Positions 1 through 14,013 of a DNA stretch of 64,000 nucleotides are shown here, piece by piece. Both the position numbers and the translations under genes were made by a program. A model generated the notes under the pieces. It was not told the DNA's origin and ran no database searches. It worked only from the letters and a program-made list of their open reading frames with translations. This DNA comes from Cystobasidiomycetes sp. EMM_F5 (Eukaryota), in assembly GCA_051047955.1 (NCBI GenBank), contig JBPGPT010000021.1, positions 186,001 through 250,000 on the forward strand, in the 5' to 3' direction. Numbering within the stretch: position 1 is the first letter of the stretch; each line of letters begins with the position of its first letter.

Positions 1-19
1 GATTCGACAACCCATCAAT

Positions 20-623
20 CAGTTTACCGAGTTCTACTACTCGACTTTTGATACCAACAGGCAGAACTTGGCTGCGCTATACGTGCGCTACTCGCATTCC
101 ATTCGCTTGGATGCTAACTGACATGATATTGTTCTACTCATTCGCCGTGTACGAAACCCGTCAACCTGGACAATCATGACGCATAATATGTTCGACCTGA
201 CCCCAGCGCGACCACTCTATGCTCACATTCGAAGCAGAGCAGTTCCAAGGCAGCGCTTCGATTATGGGCAAGCTATCGGTGAGCGTCTGTTTTAGGTTGT
301 AATGTGGGTCCAGCTAAACCCCTCATTGTATGTTCTCTCAAACTAGGCTCTTCCCTTCGAGAAAGTACAGCACGTCATCTCTACGCTGGACGCGCAGCCC
401 TCTTCCACCACCCAAGCGAGCATGGTGGTGCTCGTCACTGGTTCCCTCAAGGTCGACGACTCGCAACATCCACTCAACTACACTCAGACCTTCCAACTTA
501 TCCCAGAGGGGAACACGTACTATGTGTGAGTATTCATTAACCCAGCGGATGGTCGCTCATACACTGACATCATCATGCTGGGTTTTCAGATTCAACGATG
601 TCTTCAGGCTGGTATACGGCTGA
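20..623 (+). CDS. NTF2: Nuclear transport factor 2 (5' end outside window; 3 introns visible)
   Basis: Spliced reading QFTEFYYSTFDTNRQNLAALY|RDHSMLTFE...|ALPFEKVQH...LDAQP...YTQTFQLIP...YYV|FNDVFRLVYG*. GT-AG introns at 83-206, ~280-346 and ~526-589. Confidence 0.93.
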
Positions 624-957
624 GAGTGAGGTTGGCGGAAGGAATCAGGAGAACACGAGAAGTGCCCGCTTGTGGAACTAGAGCAATTGCTGCCCGATAG
701 CTGCGTTATACGCCATGCAACAAGCGCCTATGCATTACGCAGTTTCCAGCAAACGGATTCGTCCAGTTATTCGAGGCTGTGATAGCCATCCATTGCCGGC
801 GCAATCAGAGCGTTCAGCCAGCTTCTATCTGTGGTTCTTGCCCAATCTTTGTAACCCGACTCTTGCCACTTGAGCTTCAACGCCGCGACGCCTTTCAGGT
901 TCCTGCCCATAAATTCTGAGTGACGCTGCCTAAACGATATCAGTCAGCCAGCCAGCC

Positions 958-3661
958 ATGGACCCGCAGCTCATCAAGACGGTCAACAAGTACGTGCTCA
1001 GCTCGGACAGCTCGCCCCCTAAAGTCCGTGGCTCTGCATGCATGGGTCATGGCATAGTTGGCCATCCAGGCTCAGCGTGGATAGCTCAACGTCAAAGACC
1101 CCAGCAGCCTTATCGGATAACGCCTGGGGTTCGTATCTGACATCCGCGTGTTCTCCCTTAGACTGCAAGATGCGTTTGCGACTGTCGGGCTCAGCACCTC
1201 TACTATTGATCTGCCCCAGGTAAGCGGCAACAAGCCATTACGATACACAAACTAGGCTCACTACTGATTGGGACATGGCTGCAAGATCTGCGTCGTAGGA
1301 TCCCAATCATCTGGCAAATCCTCGGTGCTCGAAAACATTGTCGGACGAGACTTTCTACCAAGAGGAACGGGTATCGTTACGCGTCGTCCGCTCGTTCTCC
1401 AGCTCATCAATCGACCAGCTACGTCTGCGAGCGCAAAGCAGGAAGCGAATGGAGGTGAGTTTCTGGGTGGACAAGGCGTTGACGAGACACGTCACTTGGC
1501 GGGCATGCCGGTTTATTGCACAAGAGCAATTGGGAGTGGCCACTATATCTGACGTACATCTCTTGTTATAACTACTAGTTAACGGCGTACCCAATTCTCC
1601 GGCCTCCAAGACTCAGAGCCATAATCCGATAAATGAAGACGAATGGGGAGAGTTTCTGCATGCGCGTAAGCTTCAAATTTGAACATCAATCGTCTCACCC
1701 ACACTGACAATAATGCAACGATCTGTAGCCGGTGAGAAATTCTTCGATTTCAACAAGATTCGAGAAGAGATTGTTCGAGATACGGAAGCGAAAACAGGAA
1801 AGAACCAAGGTGAGTTGAATGGGGCTGTGTGCGATGAAGACGTCTTTGTTAATACGTAATCTACCTGCCGTGCCAGGAATATCGCCAACACCCATTAACC
1901 TTCGTATCTTCTCGCCAAATGTGCTGACATTAACATTGGTTGATCTGCCGGGATTGACGAAAGTGCCTGTCGGAGATCAACCACGAGATATCGAGCGTCA
2001 GATTAGGGACATGGTACTGAAGTATATCACAAAACCCAATGCAATCATTCTGGCAGTGACGGGCGCCAACACAGATTTGGCCAATTCAGATGGCTTGAAA
2101 CTGGCGCGGGAGGTAGATCCAGAGGGAGCGAGAACTATTGGTGTATTGACAAAGGTCGACTTGATGGATGCTGGAACGGATGTGGTCGACATCTTGGCAG
2201 GCCGTATCATTCCTCTGCGGTTAGGCTACGTACCGGTAGTCAACAGAGGCCAGAGAGATATCGATACTAAGAAGAGCATCTCTACTTCACTGGACGCCGA
2301 ACGCGATTTCTTTGAGAACCATCCGGCTTACAAGTCGAAATCAACGTATTGCGGAACGCCTTTCCTCGCTCGCAAATTGAACATGATTCTCATGCACCAC
2401 ATCCGCAACACGCTTCCCGACATCAAGCAAAAGATACAAAGCCAGCTGTCGAAGTATCAAGCCGAGCTGCTAACGCTGGGTGGTGCGCAAGGAGAGCAGA
2501 ACTCTGGTAGCGTCATACTCAACATCATCACGGACTTTTGTACCGAGTTCCGGACGGCCATCGATGGAAAGAACACCGATCTGATGAATAACGAATTATC
2601 AGGTGGTGCCCGTGTGTCTTTTGTCTTCCATGAGTTGTACTCGAACGGAGTCAAGTCCATAGACCCATATGATCAAGTGAAGGACAACGACATTAGGACA
2701 TTCCTCTTCAATTCTTCTGGTTCTTCGCCTGCCTTGTTTGTGGGCACCGGTGCGTTCGAAGTCATCGTCAAGCAGCAGGTCAAGCGTTTTGAGGAGCCAT
2801 CTTTGCGGTGTGCTTCTCTTGTATATGACGAATTGGTGCGGATACTTGGTCAGCTTCTGCAGAAGAATGTGAGTCTTTGGTTACCTGATCCAAATAGACT
2901 CACCTCTGACACGGCTGGCACAGCAAACTTTCAAAAGGTATCCAGCATTGAAAGACCGCTTCTCTGCCACCGTCATCGCTTTCTTCAAGAAAGCTATGGT
3001 GCCGACCAACAAGCTCGTTACCGATATTGTCTCGTAAGTCAAATTGACCAATTGGGCCAAACATAGCCTCGATTAATGAATAATATGCAGCGCCGAGGCG
3101 ACGTACGTCAATACTGGCCACCCTGATTTTATCGGCGGGCATAAAGCGATGGCTATGGTGCAGAACCAGCGAGAAGTTGCCGCAGCTAAAGCAATGGGAG
3201 GCAAGAATCCTGCAGCGGTGCTGAACAATGGCAAGGATCTGGACGTTGCGTTACCTTCTGACCAATCTGGCTTCTTCGGATCATTCTTCAAGAGCGAAGC
3301 CAAGACTGCTGCTGCTAAAAAGAAGGCTGCGGCAATGGAAGCACCTCCTCCCGTACTCAAGGCGACTGGCACCCTGTCTGACCGCGAGAGTATGGAGGTT
3401 GAAGTCATCAAGATGCTCATTACATCATACTTCAACATTGTTAAGCGATCCCTATGCGATATGATCCCCAAAGCGGTCATGCTCACCCTGGTCAATCACT
3501 GCCAGGAACACATGCAAGCGGCACTCTTATCCAGCCTCTACCGCCCAGAAGTCTTCGAGGAGCTCATGAAAGAATCAGACTTTGTGATTACTCGACGCAA
3601 AGAATGCGTCAAAATGATCGAAGCGCTGGGTAAAGCCGACGAGATAGTCCAGACCGTGTGA
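958..3661 (+). CDS. VPS1: Dynamin-like GTPase Vps1 (multi-exon)
   Basis: G1 motif [27 protein letters not shown] and TKVD motifs, middle domain, and GED ([16 protein letters not shown]...DMIPKAVM). No PH domain. Exons join in frame across canonical introns. Confidence 0.9.
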
Positions 3662-3762
3662 TTGAGTACGCGTTGAGAATGAGAAGAGGATCCCTGCCTA
3701 CCTACAAGCACATCATGTGGTCCCACGCGTCCGATTGTACACTATCATAGCTTGAACGCCGT

Positions 3763-3786
3763 TGACCTGTGTACTGACCTGTGTAC
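3763..3786. repeat. Perfect 12-bp tandem duplication (TGACCTGTGTAC x2) between the convergent VPS1 and POL3 3' ends
   Basis: Read directly at 3763-3774 and 3775-3786. Confidence 0.8.
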
Positions 3787-3967
3787 AATGAAAGTGTGTC
3801 TAGCAGTCATTCCACGACCTTGCGTAGAAGCATGATATTGGCATCATGCATGTAGTATTGCTAGTGATGGTACAACAACGCTCCGCACTCACAAGCAAGA
3901 AAGGCACAGACTGGAAATCTCTACTGTACAAATTCATGCTGTATATCACGAAGGCACTTCCGTGCAG

Positions 3968-6900
3968 CTACCATTCGCCATCGAATCGAACCACTGTGGC
4001 AAGGTTGTCTTCAACATCCTTCATTGCTTTGCGTCGCATGTAAAAGATGGGGCAGTCGCCGTTCTGTAGTATCAATCTCAGCTTCCACTACTGCCGCTGC
4101 AATGTTTTCGCGCACCTGACAGACGACGTCCTGATGCAGAGATCCTTGACACCGTTGACAATTGGTCCATAGTCTTGCATGCAGCGCTTCAGCAGTCGTG
4201 GCAAGCGTGAGCTATGCAGTGCGTCAGCAAGATGCTCTCACAGCCGCGCCGTGAGGGCCACATACGTGTTTTTGGTACAGCTCTGGCGTACGGCCTTTGG
4301 CCTTACAATTCTTGCAAACAGCATTGTCTGTCGGGGAGCGTTTGTCAGGCCGCAGCTTGAGATAAAGTATTGTCGAGGAACTTACTGCCTGATTTGCTTA
4401 TGTTCGTTAAAGGCGAACGACACCCTAGGCATGTCAGAGTCTTCTTGACGAAGCCCATCAGGCCCCCGGAGGTTGGAGTTGCGATCGTGACGGTACGAGT
4501 GTGGTCCCCAGCGACTGCATAATGGCATAAGCAATGTATATTAAAGCGGTAATGGCTCGACTTACGCAAAGAATTTGCCTTGTCCCCGAGAATTGGCTCG
4601 AAAATACGCATCAGCGGCTTCGACAGCTGATTCTCTAAGTAATGTCTTGTATCGATAGGAAGATTGTTCTCGAGCACGTGAAGGGGATCTTCTGCGTTCT
4701 CATATGCCCGAGAATCTGCGTCACGCTTCGTCAGTCTCATCCCCTGTTGTTTGCCTTCCCTTGCTCACTCTTTGTTCCTTTGACTATGACATAGGCGACA
4801 CGGTCACCCAGCGAGGGCGCGGAACCTAACCAAAACACCTGAGACAATGCTTCCTGTGATCCTGTAGACCCACTCACCAGCATCTCGCTTCTTCATTCTG
4901 TTGGCAAGTTCGGCATGTGCTTGTTTAGCCGTGTATTCTTGTTTTGATAAGGCTTTCGTGATGACGAGCTGGGATAAATCGACCTTGTTCTGTAGTAACT
5001 CCGAAATTGTTTGCTTGACATAACTACGCAGCCAAAGTCCGCATCAGCAACGATTGCTTTTCAGGGAAATATTATATACTGACTCTTGGGCGCCGACTAC
5101 ATCTCGGTCGATCAGCATCTTTTTCAGACACGTTCCGATGACAGTCGATACAAGTCGACAATTATCTCGTCGAACAGTCTGCAAATCAGAATTAGTGTTT
5201 CTTTCAATCCCACATTAATCCTTGACAGTCTTTACCCACCTCGATTCCCTTTGCATCCATCTTGTCCCATTTTTCTGGCTTTGTCCAGTACAGTCCAGCA
5301 TAACGCTTCTTGCTGATGAGGAGGTATGGAAAGTATACCTTTTCGAATTCGAGCTTGATTGGATTAACAAACTTCTTTGATACTTCAACAGCTGCCTCTC
5401 CACCCAATTTCATTGCCGTCTGAATGTCCGAGCATCCAAACTTAATCATGACCGAATCAGTATCACCATAAATGACCGACGCATTGTTGGCGTATCCGTT
5501 CTCCGTATTGTACGTCTTTTCAACTTCTTGCTTTGTCGTTTCAATCATTTGCCGACCATATGCTGTTACTGACGTGGAAATCGGCAAACACGGCAATTTA
5601 CCAATCGTAGCTCCAGTGAAACCGTAAACGGAGTTGGCAGATATTTTCAGCGCCAATTGCCGACCATCAAGTACAGCCCGCTTGAACGGATCCTTCTCCT
5701 TCTTTAGATCGTTCTTTGCACGTTTTCTCGCGGCTAGCAAATCTTCCAAGACAGTAGGCAATAGTCCTTTCCGTTTGTTGCTCTTGACAAAGTAATCTAA
5801 ATGCGCACGCTGTCAGCCGCGTAATTTACGCAAATACGAGGAGCAGTACAGACCATTGTTGGGTGTAATGATGTAGTCTTCGTCCTTGACCAAACCAAGT
5901 TTGCCAACGATAGCGGGATCAAGCAGGGTCGTATAACAGAGGTTATGTGCCATCATGATTGAGGGATACAGAGAAGCGAAATCGAGGGTGGCGATGGGGA
6001 CATCGTAGTAACCCTTTGTCGGTTCGATAACCGTAGCACCTTCATACTGCTCATCGGAACCTTGCGAACTCAAAGCCGGAACCAGGTAATTTTCGCTGTT
6101 CGCTTTCCTGAACAGTTGCGAAACGACCTTGATCTGCTGTCCACGGGTGAGGAGAAAATTGAATGGTACGCCGGTTACTCTGGCCATTTCGGTATAGTTA
6201 ATAAAACACATGAGCTTGTCCATGAGTCGTTGTGGAAGGTAAGCATCCTTTAGACAATACACGGCTAATCGCCGTCGCGATTCCGCATTACCATTCTGCA
6301 GCTCTGTGATGATAGAGTAGTGTACATCTTCCTTCTGCTCGCCTTTTTATTGCAGCAGAGCACGTTAGCTGCTTGCCAATTCTTTCTGCGTTCACCTAAG
6401 CTTACCTAAGAAATGCGCGCAGACGGAGTTTAGTGAGTAGCTTCGCAATTTGTAATCTCTCTGCATGACCTGCAGAATGTCGAGCTGTAACCGGCCGTCC
6501 ATCTTCGTTTCCTTCGAGTCGCGTGTACCGTACGCTTTCGAGCTAAAATGTGTTTCCTTGACTTCGGATTTTACTTTGCGCAGACGACCGAGAAAGGGGA
6601 ATTTGGTTGCTCTCAGCTTTTTCGCTCTGTCCATCAGGTAAGGTATATCGAAATTCGATGTGTTGTAGCCGATGACGATATCTGGATCGACTTCCTCGAG
6701 ATATTCTTGCCACGCATTGAGCATCTTCTGCTCGTCCTGAAAAGACAGGACTTGCGATCCAACAATGTTGGAACATGTATTAAGAGTAAAAACATTTCGC
6801 ACGAATGGCTTGCTTTCCCCTTGGCGCGTAACCATGCTTGCAATTTGGATGACAGGGTCTATATCAGGATCCGGGAAAACGCCCTTTCTTCCCGCGCATT

Positions 6901-8217
6901 CGATGTCAAAACTGAGAATTCGTAAGGGTGCAATCTTGGACCACTCTCCTTCTGGTTCATGCGAGATGAGATTATTGACAGATACGTCAATCTCGATCTG
7001 ACAATTTGAGATCTTGTTTGCGTCGGGTCGCACTTCATACTTTCCCTTTGGCACTTCTAGCCAATTCATACCAGAGATCTATGATTGTTTGCTCAGTGTA
7101 TACGTTACAGAGGTGCACATGAAGCCGACGCACCTTCTGATCAATCATGAACCGCAACGTGTAGGGTATGTTGCTCTCAAAAGTCATCGCGACGTCATTA
7201 AACATATCTCTAAACCGAATATCGCCTCGCTCGAAGAGCGTTTTCGTTCGTGCAATGGCTTTATAATCGGTCAAGACAATTTTGATGAAGGGGGATTGGG
7301 CATCTCCTCGGTAACCCCATAAAGACATCTTGTTGTGAAGTGTGATGGAATGCACTACTCTTGACGTATCTTTCGAGACCATGCCCTGCATTCCATGGAG
7401 AGGTGATGTTAGCGTAATTCGATAATTCGGGAGGGAGCATGCTCACATTCAGGTATATCGCAAAGTCCTTGCACTCGTTGTTTGTAAAGCCCCTCGGAGC
7501 AGCCGTCCAAAAGTACGGCAGGAAATCGCGTACATGAGCCAGGACAGAGTGGCCTTCTTCAGTCGCGCCAAAGACGCGCAGTTGTGGCCCTTGACCGGGT
7601 ATCTGAATCTCTTCAATGTCAATCTGCTGAAAGATGACGTCTCGTTCTCTTGGTATGACACGGTCCAAGTGCGGTCGTTGCCATACTTGTTGATCAGTCT
7701 CGCCTGAATGTAGTGAAGAAGGTCAAGTGCTTAGCTTTCTGAGCCCAGGTCTACACGATGACAGTACAACTGTACCATTCGCTGTCCCTAATCTCTCCAA
7801 GACGTCCTCCCACGACTCGCCCTGACTGGCGTCCTTTTTGGTTACCGCTGGAGCTTTCCTGATTGCCTGAGTTGGCTGACTGGAAGACAGGGCGGGAATG
7901 CCATTCACTGTGTTGAGATCCTTCTTGATTGGACTGCTGGGCATGAGCCCACCACCGATAGCAGAGGGTGGTGTAGCGTGGGCACCGTCTACCGAAATGC
8001 TGGCTGATGGACTGCCCAACCTCCTCCGCTTTGCTGGAGTAGCACCAAACACCTTTGTCTTGACGGCTGAAGTATCGACGACGACATTGTTGGCGTTGCT
8101 AATCTTGCCTGGCGGAGCAATGTTTTCCTCGTCTGGATGGGGCGACAGGGCTAGTGACCCCGGCGACGAAGGGCGCGAGACAGATGACGCCGACGAGTAC
8201 TCCTCATCCGAGTCCAT
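3968..8217 (-). CDS. POL3: DNA polymerase delta catalytic subunit (multi-exon)
   Basis: Exonuclease motifs SFDIEC and GYNTSNFD; family B motifs [23 protein letters not shown] and KKRYAG; C-terminal Cys motifs (CLGC...CQRC...CPIFY). Stop TAG at 3968-3970. Confidence 0.96.
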
Positions 8218-8320
8218 TATTCTGCAGGAGCAAGATGGCAGTATTGGGCAGTATTCGTTGTTTTATTCCGTCAAGAGCATCTGGGTTGGGCGGAAATCAA
8301 CAAGGCATGTCGCGGTAAAG

Positions 8321-8326
8321 ACGCGT
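8321..8326. promoter_or_regulatory. MCB element (ACGCGT) about 105 bp upstream of the POL3 start
   Basis: Exact ACGCGT with a CGCG core 10 bp away. MCB/MBF control of DNA replication genes is established in yeasts. Function at this site is inferred. Confidence 0.5.
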
Positions 8327-8833
8327 ACAGTATTGCAGCAATTTACGCCTAGTTGACGAACCACAGCTGCCGGAGCGTGGAGATTGACAATGTATCCTAC
8401 GACAGTGCGCTGTGTGGTGCTAACACGCAGGCTACCGAATGTGAAGCTGGCTACAAACAGCCTTTCAGAGTGCTTCTTGTTTGCCTCGATGAAACCTCCG
8501 CTGGCCTTGCTGCAACCCTTGCCGCGAGTCCTACTCGCAATGCCAAAGCCCGCGTATCATGCCCATACGCTATACGCTGGTCATCTCCTTCACCGCACGC
8601 CGGGCTAAATGCCAGTGTTTTTGTCCGACGAACGCGTGAGGTATCAAAACTCGTAAGTATTCACTCGGTAGCTTCAGGGAATTGCCTGCCAACGTGCACG
8701 GCTCTCATACTGCAGATTCTGATATTGGCCAGGCTTGCGGTTGTCTGTCGCTGAATTGAAGTCAGGCTTGAGAGCCTCTTTTGACGGACTTGAGCTGGAG
8801 GGCTTCGACTTTTTGCATATCCCGCTGTTCAGA

Positions 8834-11593
8834 ATGCAGCACCAGCTGTACGCCAGCAACAGTAGCACTATAGGGCCGTCAGCGTCCACTTCCACATCGT
8901 CGGAGCCTTCAGTGACCATCCCGCTGCGGGTATGGCAGGAGTGCCAGCACAGTCTGGTCGAGCTTCTGGAGCAGCAGCGGGCGGAGCACGACCTGCCTAC
9001 ACGTCGCAAGAGGCAGTCAGCAGCCTCGACGGAGGACGCCGATGGGACGACGAATGCGGGCATACAGGCCTGCTCAAATTGTAGGGCTGCGAAAGCGAAG
9101 TGCAAGAGCAGTGTAGCCGGCGACCTGGATCAGTGCGTGAGGTGCGCCAACAGCAACCTCGTATGCGTCTATCCCCAGCACGCTCGCCGTGGGAGAAAGA
9201 AGGCTCCGTCAAAGTGGGTTCATATATAATGCCACCCATTCTTTCTTGACGTGTTCTTCAGAACGGCTACGCGGCTAGAACAGGCTATCGACAGTCTGAA
9301 CCGCATTGTCATTCCGGACACTCCCTCTCAGTCTCTCCTCCTTCCCGCCGAGTCTCCCGCCAGCTATTCGTTAGGGCTGCCCCGCACTAACCCATCTCCA
9401 GACCTGGCACTGCGCTCCACATCTTTGCTACTACCCTCAAGTAGCGCAAGTACCACAAACCCCGTGCGAAGCGTCATTTCAAATGGCACTGGTACTGTGC
9501 CTGTCATCAGTAATCCCTTGGCTGTACTGGCGAATGTGTCTCTCACCCGCGAGGGGTCGCCAGCTGATGGTCTCACTGGAGAACATAATCTACCCTATTT
9601 CACGCAGGAAACCCATCAGAATAACGCCAATGCGTACTTTTCAAAAGGTACGCTCAGAATTTACGCACTAATCGCGAATAGCTGATGATATGTGTGGACA
9701 GATTTGTATGCCGTAAAGACTGATGCCAACGAGAGGCACTGGGACCCCGTCCTCCTCGGTATCATCAGCGAGCATGAGCTGAGCCAATTAGTAGACTTGT
9801 ACGTATCCCGCCCCGCAGGTTTCCTCTTTTGACCTCCAGCAGCGCCTATTGATACTATTCATGCCACAGCTACTTTGACTATATGCGCGGCTATTTCTTC
9901 TCTTTCTTCCGCACTCTGCATACCGCGCAATTTTTACGAGCAAATTCCCCTTTCCTCACGACCGCACTCGCAGCAGCGGCGGCGTCTTTCGATCCACGCT
10001 TTACGCATGCTGCCGCACCGCTCGCCCAACACGCAGAGCTATTGTCGCTGCACGTGTTTGCGGCAGGGATGAAGTCGACTGAAATTGTTCAGGCTTACTG
10101 TACTATGTTGTGAGGGATGGCTCGACCCCATTTGCGATGTTATAAACTGAGGAGTTCTGTCCACAGACATTGGGCGCCGCCCGCACAGAGTTCGACTCAG
10201 GAAAAATCGTGGACTTGGTTTGGAGAAGCACTGTACGTCGATTTTAACTCGGGGTCTGATCGTTCCAGGACTGAAAGTCTGTACTAGTCGGATCGCTACT
10301 GAGATCCGCCTTGATATTCCACTTAGTCGTCAAGAGTTGAAGACGTATCAGGGCATTGAACATTTGGGCGATACAGCCTTCACCCTATTGTCGGAGAATA
10401 AGACTAGAGCAATGTCAAATTGCGTACATGCTGGCCTGGCGTGAGTTGCTAGATGCACGTCTATGGAGTAGGCTGATTCTATTGCATCACTCAGTATGGC
10501 CATACAACACGGCCTTCCGCACGTGATGATGGGTACAAGTCTCCTTGTGCAAGGTATGGCATATAAAAATAGATTTACGTTGCAGCGGCCTAATACTTCC
10601 CCTGCATGCAGAAGTGCAACGGCCGCAAGAGCAACCTGCTCCGCTTTCCACATCTCGCCATGACCCAGACTATAGTCATTCTGCTAATCGTCTGCTCAGT
10701 GCAATGTTTGTGAAAAGCGTATCCTACTTTACCCACTTGCACACCCTCCCAGACAATCTGCGCAATTCTGGACACTCGCTGCAGATAATTAATGACTGGC
10801 AAGCAGATTTTGCGAGGTGGCAGCAAAACTGGCCTTATATCAGTAAGCTTATGCCAAAAGATATCAAGATAAGCCCCTCATATTAACGGCTCTTTTTGAG
10901 CAGATAATTTCGTAAAGACTATATACCATTCCAGACGGCTGAGTCTGTATGCCTTGTCCTTGCCGTTTGGTGATACAGAGAGCATCCTCCAGCAATGCGA
11001 GCAGGCAGCAATGAGCATTGTGGACTGTGTTCTGAGTTGGGACGATCACTTGTTGGTCTACGCTTCTAATTTCCTGGTAAGCTGATCACTGCGTCTTATA
11101 TTTACCCTGTTCTAATTAACGTCTCATAACGCAGATCATATACATCGCATACGCAACAACACTCGTCCTCAAACTGTCACATCAGAGTCGGTCGCAAAAG
11201 TCCGAAGCCGAACAAAACATTATAAGGGCGAAATGTCACACTGCTGCGAGTACGCTCGTCCAGATTGGCGCGCAACGAGCGAACGCGTGAGCCTGTATAA
11301 TGCCGTATCCGTCATTGGTTTTTAACTTTAAATCTGTTTATAACAGCGACTCGATTGCCTCTCTACATGGCTCTCGAATTCTATCTCACTTACAGGACTA
11401 CGAGCAACGCTCTCGACCACTTCAGCCGACTATGCCAGTAGTTTCCAGTACGACACCGTTGCAGACGTACCAACTCGCATTCGATTTCATGCAAAACACG
11501 TTTGAAGACACGCAGAACAATCAATTACTGTTCAATTGGGACGATTTCCTGCCTGCAAACTTTGACTCGGGTCTTGGTATCCATGATGTGTAG
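8834..11593 (+). CDS. Zn(II)2Cys6 fungal transcription factor with middle homology domain (many introns; start approximate)
   Basis: ACSNCRAAKAKC...CVRCANSNLVCVY binuclear cluster followed by basic RRGRKK. Downstream exons contain DPV.LGII, LHTAQFLRANSPFLTTA, KSTEIVQAY and RIATEIRLD, typical of the fungal TF-specific domain. Confidence 0.85.
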
Positions 11594-11698
11594 CTATACA
11601 ACAGATTAGCTTTGTAGTATCCTTATTGGAATATTAATTTCCATCAAGCGGGCTCGGTGAAGATTGTCGACTGCGCGCACGAATGTTGGCTTCTATGC

Positions 11699-13224
11699 CT
11701 AGTTCCACGGTACTTCGATGATATCTGCGCCTGGGAACAATGTCCGTCGCGCAAAATTGCCGAATGCGAGCGCCTGCTCGGAGCCCGGCTGAAATGTGCC
11801 AGAATTTGCGTTAAAGTAGATTACTGGTCGCTTGTTCTGACCTTCGGGCTTGCTCCATATCTCTCCGGCCATCTTGACAGCAGTATCACCGGCTGCCAAT
11901 AGCATATGCTTGCTTAGCACCCAATTGACAGCTCCACTGTTGATGGCTGTGATCGCAATGGCAGCAGGCGTAAGGACGTAATTGAACTTTTGTCCAGCTG
12001 GAATGATAGAGAACGCATCTTTGGCCGTAAAGCTGCCTTTGGCTGTTCGGGTCGATTGATGCTGATTCAGAATGAACTTGACACTGAGCTTGCTGAAAAT
12101 AATATTTCGCTTGATAAAAGTTACGGTGTCTGTTTTTGGGAAGGGCGGCAAGTCGTTCGGAAACAACTCAATGACTTGCTCTCTCTCAGCCGGAGTCAAG
12201 ATACGCCTGTAAACGCTGTGATGTCCCCACAACTTTCGGAGCACGAGACCGAATTGACTTGGATTCGACACATCGACCGCGAAGGGTGGTCCGGATGACG
12301 AAGGAGATGGCGGGACTTTCTGGATGTAGAAGCGATCGTCCTGAGCAATTTCGTTGGCCCTCTCTTTACGAGCCGATTGTTCCGCGGTCGAGACAGGTCT
12401 CAATCTGGCTCTAATGATTCGCGTCAACGGGGTGCGTTGAGCATTCTTGATGCGCTTGATGTAAGTTACAAGATCTTCCCGGACGGATGAAACGATGAGG
12501 AAGTCGATCTTGCGGCCATTCAGCATGATTCCGTTGCGCAAAATGTCTGTTAACAGCTGCGTCGGCCATGTTCTCCGAACCTCTTTGCCCTTAATAGTGA
12601 AACCAGCTTTGTGCAGGATCGTAGAGATAGCGTAGCAGCAAGTTCTGTAAGTAGCGCCAATCTCGGCAGCTGCCACGTCGCGTATCGCCCTAATTTCGGC
12701 TGCTGAAAGGTTTGGCACAAGGTAGATTCCGCTTTGCTCGTTACCATTGCGGCTCCGTAGGATCTTGTTTGGTTCGCGGTAAGCTGATTTGGCATCGAAG
12801 CGTGTCACTGGTGCGTTTTCGTCGTTGTCCCAAATTTCTTCGCCATTGCCATCCTCTGATAATTGACGATTATTGACTTGGGCAAGAAAAACATTTGGCA
12901 TGCCAAACCCCAGCACTATGGTATCTTCACGGAAAATTCGATGTAGCTGCACCGTCCAGATACCATCACGCTTGATAGATTTCTGTTTCGGAATATTTTG
13001 CAAATATTCGACAATGTAGCTCGTCTTGCCAAGCACCTAGCGGGCGTGTCTTAGTGCTGCAACACATAGCTCAAAGGCACGGGAATATGGCATACCTGAT
13101 CTCTTGGCTGATGATTCACTAGTATGCGATCCATCAACACGGCATCTTCTTTGATGAGGTCCGGTGTATTGCGAGCAAGTAGGCCTTGCTCTCCGCAGGT
13201 TGATCTTTTTCTGAATAGACCCAT
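11699..13224 (-). CDS. Uncharacterised 488-aa protein (2 exons: 13224-13096 and 13036-11699)
   Basis: ATG at 13224 (MGLFRKRSTC...); phase-0 intron 13095-13037 (gtatgc...ctaag...ctag) joins the 445-codon ORF. Confidence 0.75.
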
Positions 13225-14013
13225 TGCTGCCTTATCGCCTGGCGAAAATTTGGTATGGCGCTACGCCCAACTTAGCAGGGCGCAAAGCAAAGGGTTGCGG
13301 GTCATTGAGGTTGAGTTTCGCAACCTCGCATCGACACCCTCGTGAAGCCGTTGGGCCGCCTGACAAGGTTATGAATGCGGTTGAGCAAGTCACTGTCAAG
13401 GTCTCGATTCCAGTTCCGCAGAAACACATGTCGAACGCGTTGACGCCTGTACTGTAATAGGGCGCCGTCATGAGGTGTCTCTGCACACCCATTAATTCAA
13501 GCACCGCCTTGCCTAAGGTGACTTGACTGGGTAGGAAGCTTTGGTATGCGCATAGACGGATGAGTCAACACAGAAGCATTGATCTCATTCGGCTTGCTAT
13601 TGCCATCCAGCCGTACTAGTACGCGTCCTTCAAATTTCTTTTCACATATATCAGCAAGATGTAATCTGCTCAAGGTTGTGGGGTTATCGCGTTTGAATCG
13701 ATTCTAAATTGAATTCGGATAGGCGCGTCCACCTGTTGATGCTGAAGTCACGGCCGAAGCATTGGTAGATATTCCTGTGATTCCGCAATATAAGCTGCAA
13801 GGTGTTCGGTTCACAAATATGGCCATTAGCTGTATTGACGAGGCCCATCCGGTCGGCGCGTTTATGTGATTCTCGAAGCTGGCTCGTGTGACAGACGTTA
13901 GCATGGATGGAATCGACAGTTTCGAACCGCCATCGCATTAGCTAACGCTCAGGCCGTCGGGTTGCCTCTCGTCCGAAAGCCCATGAGCTATTAGCATCAG
14001 CATATCAACCATC

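Noticed and set aside
13725..13869. Short plus-strand frame containing ISCIDEAH, resembling a helicase Walker B motif
   Set aside because: No other helicase motifs, start codon or convincing splice sites; likely chance.
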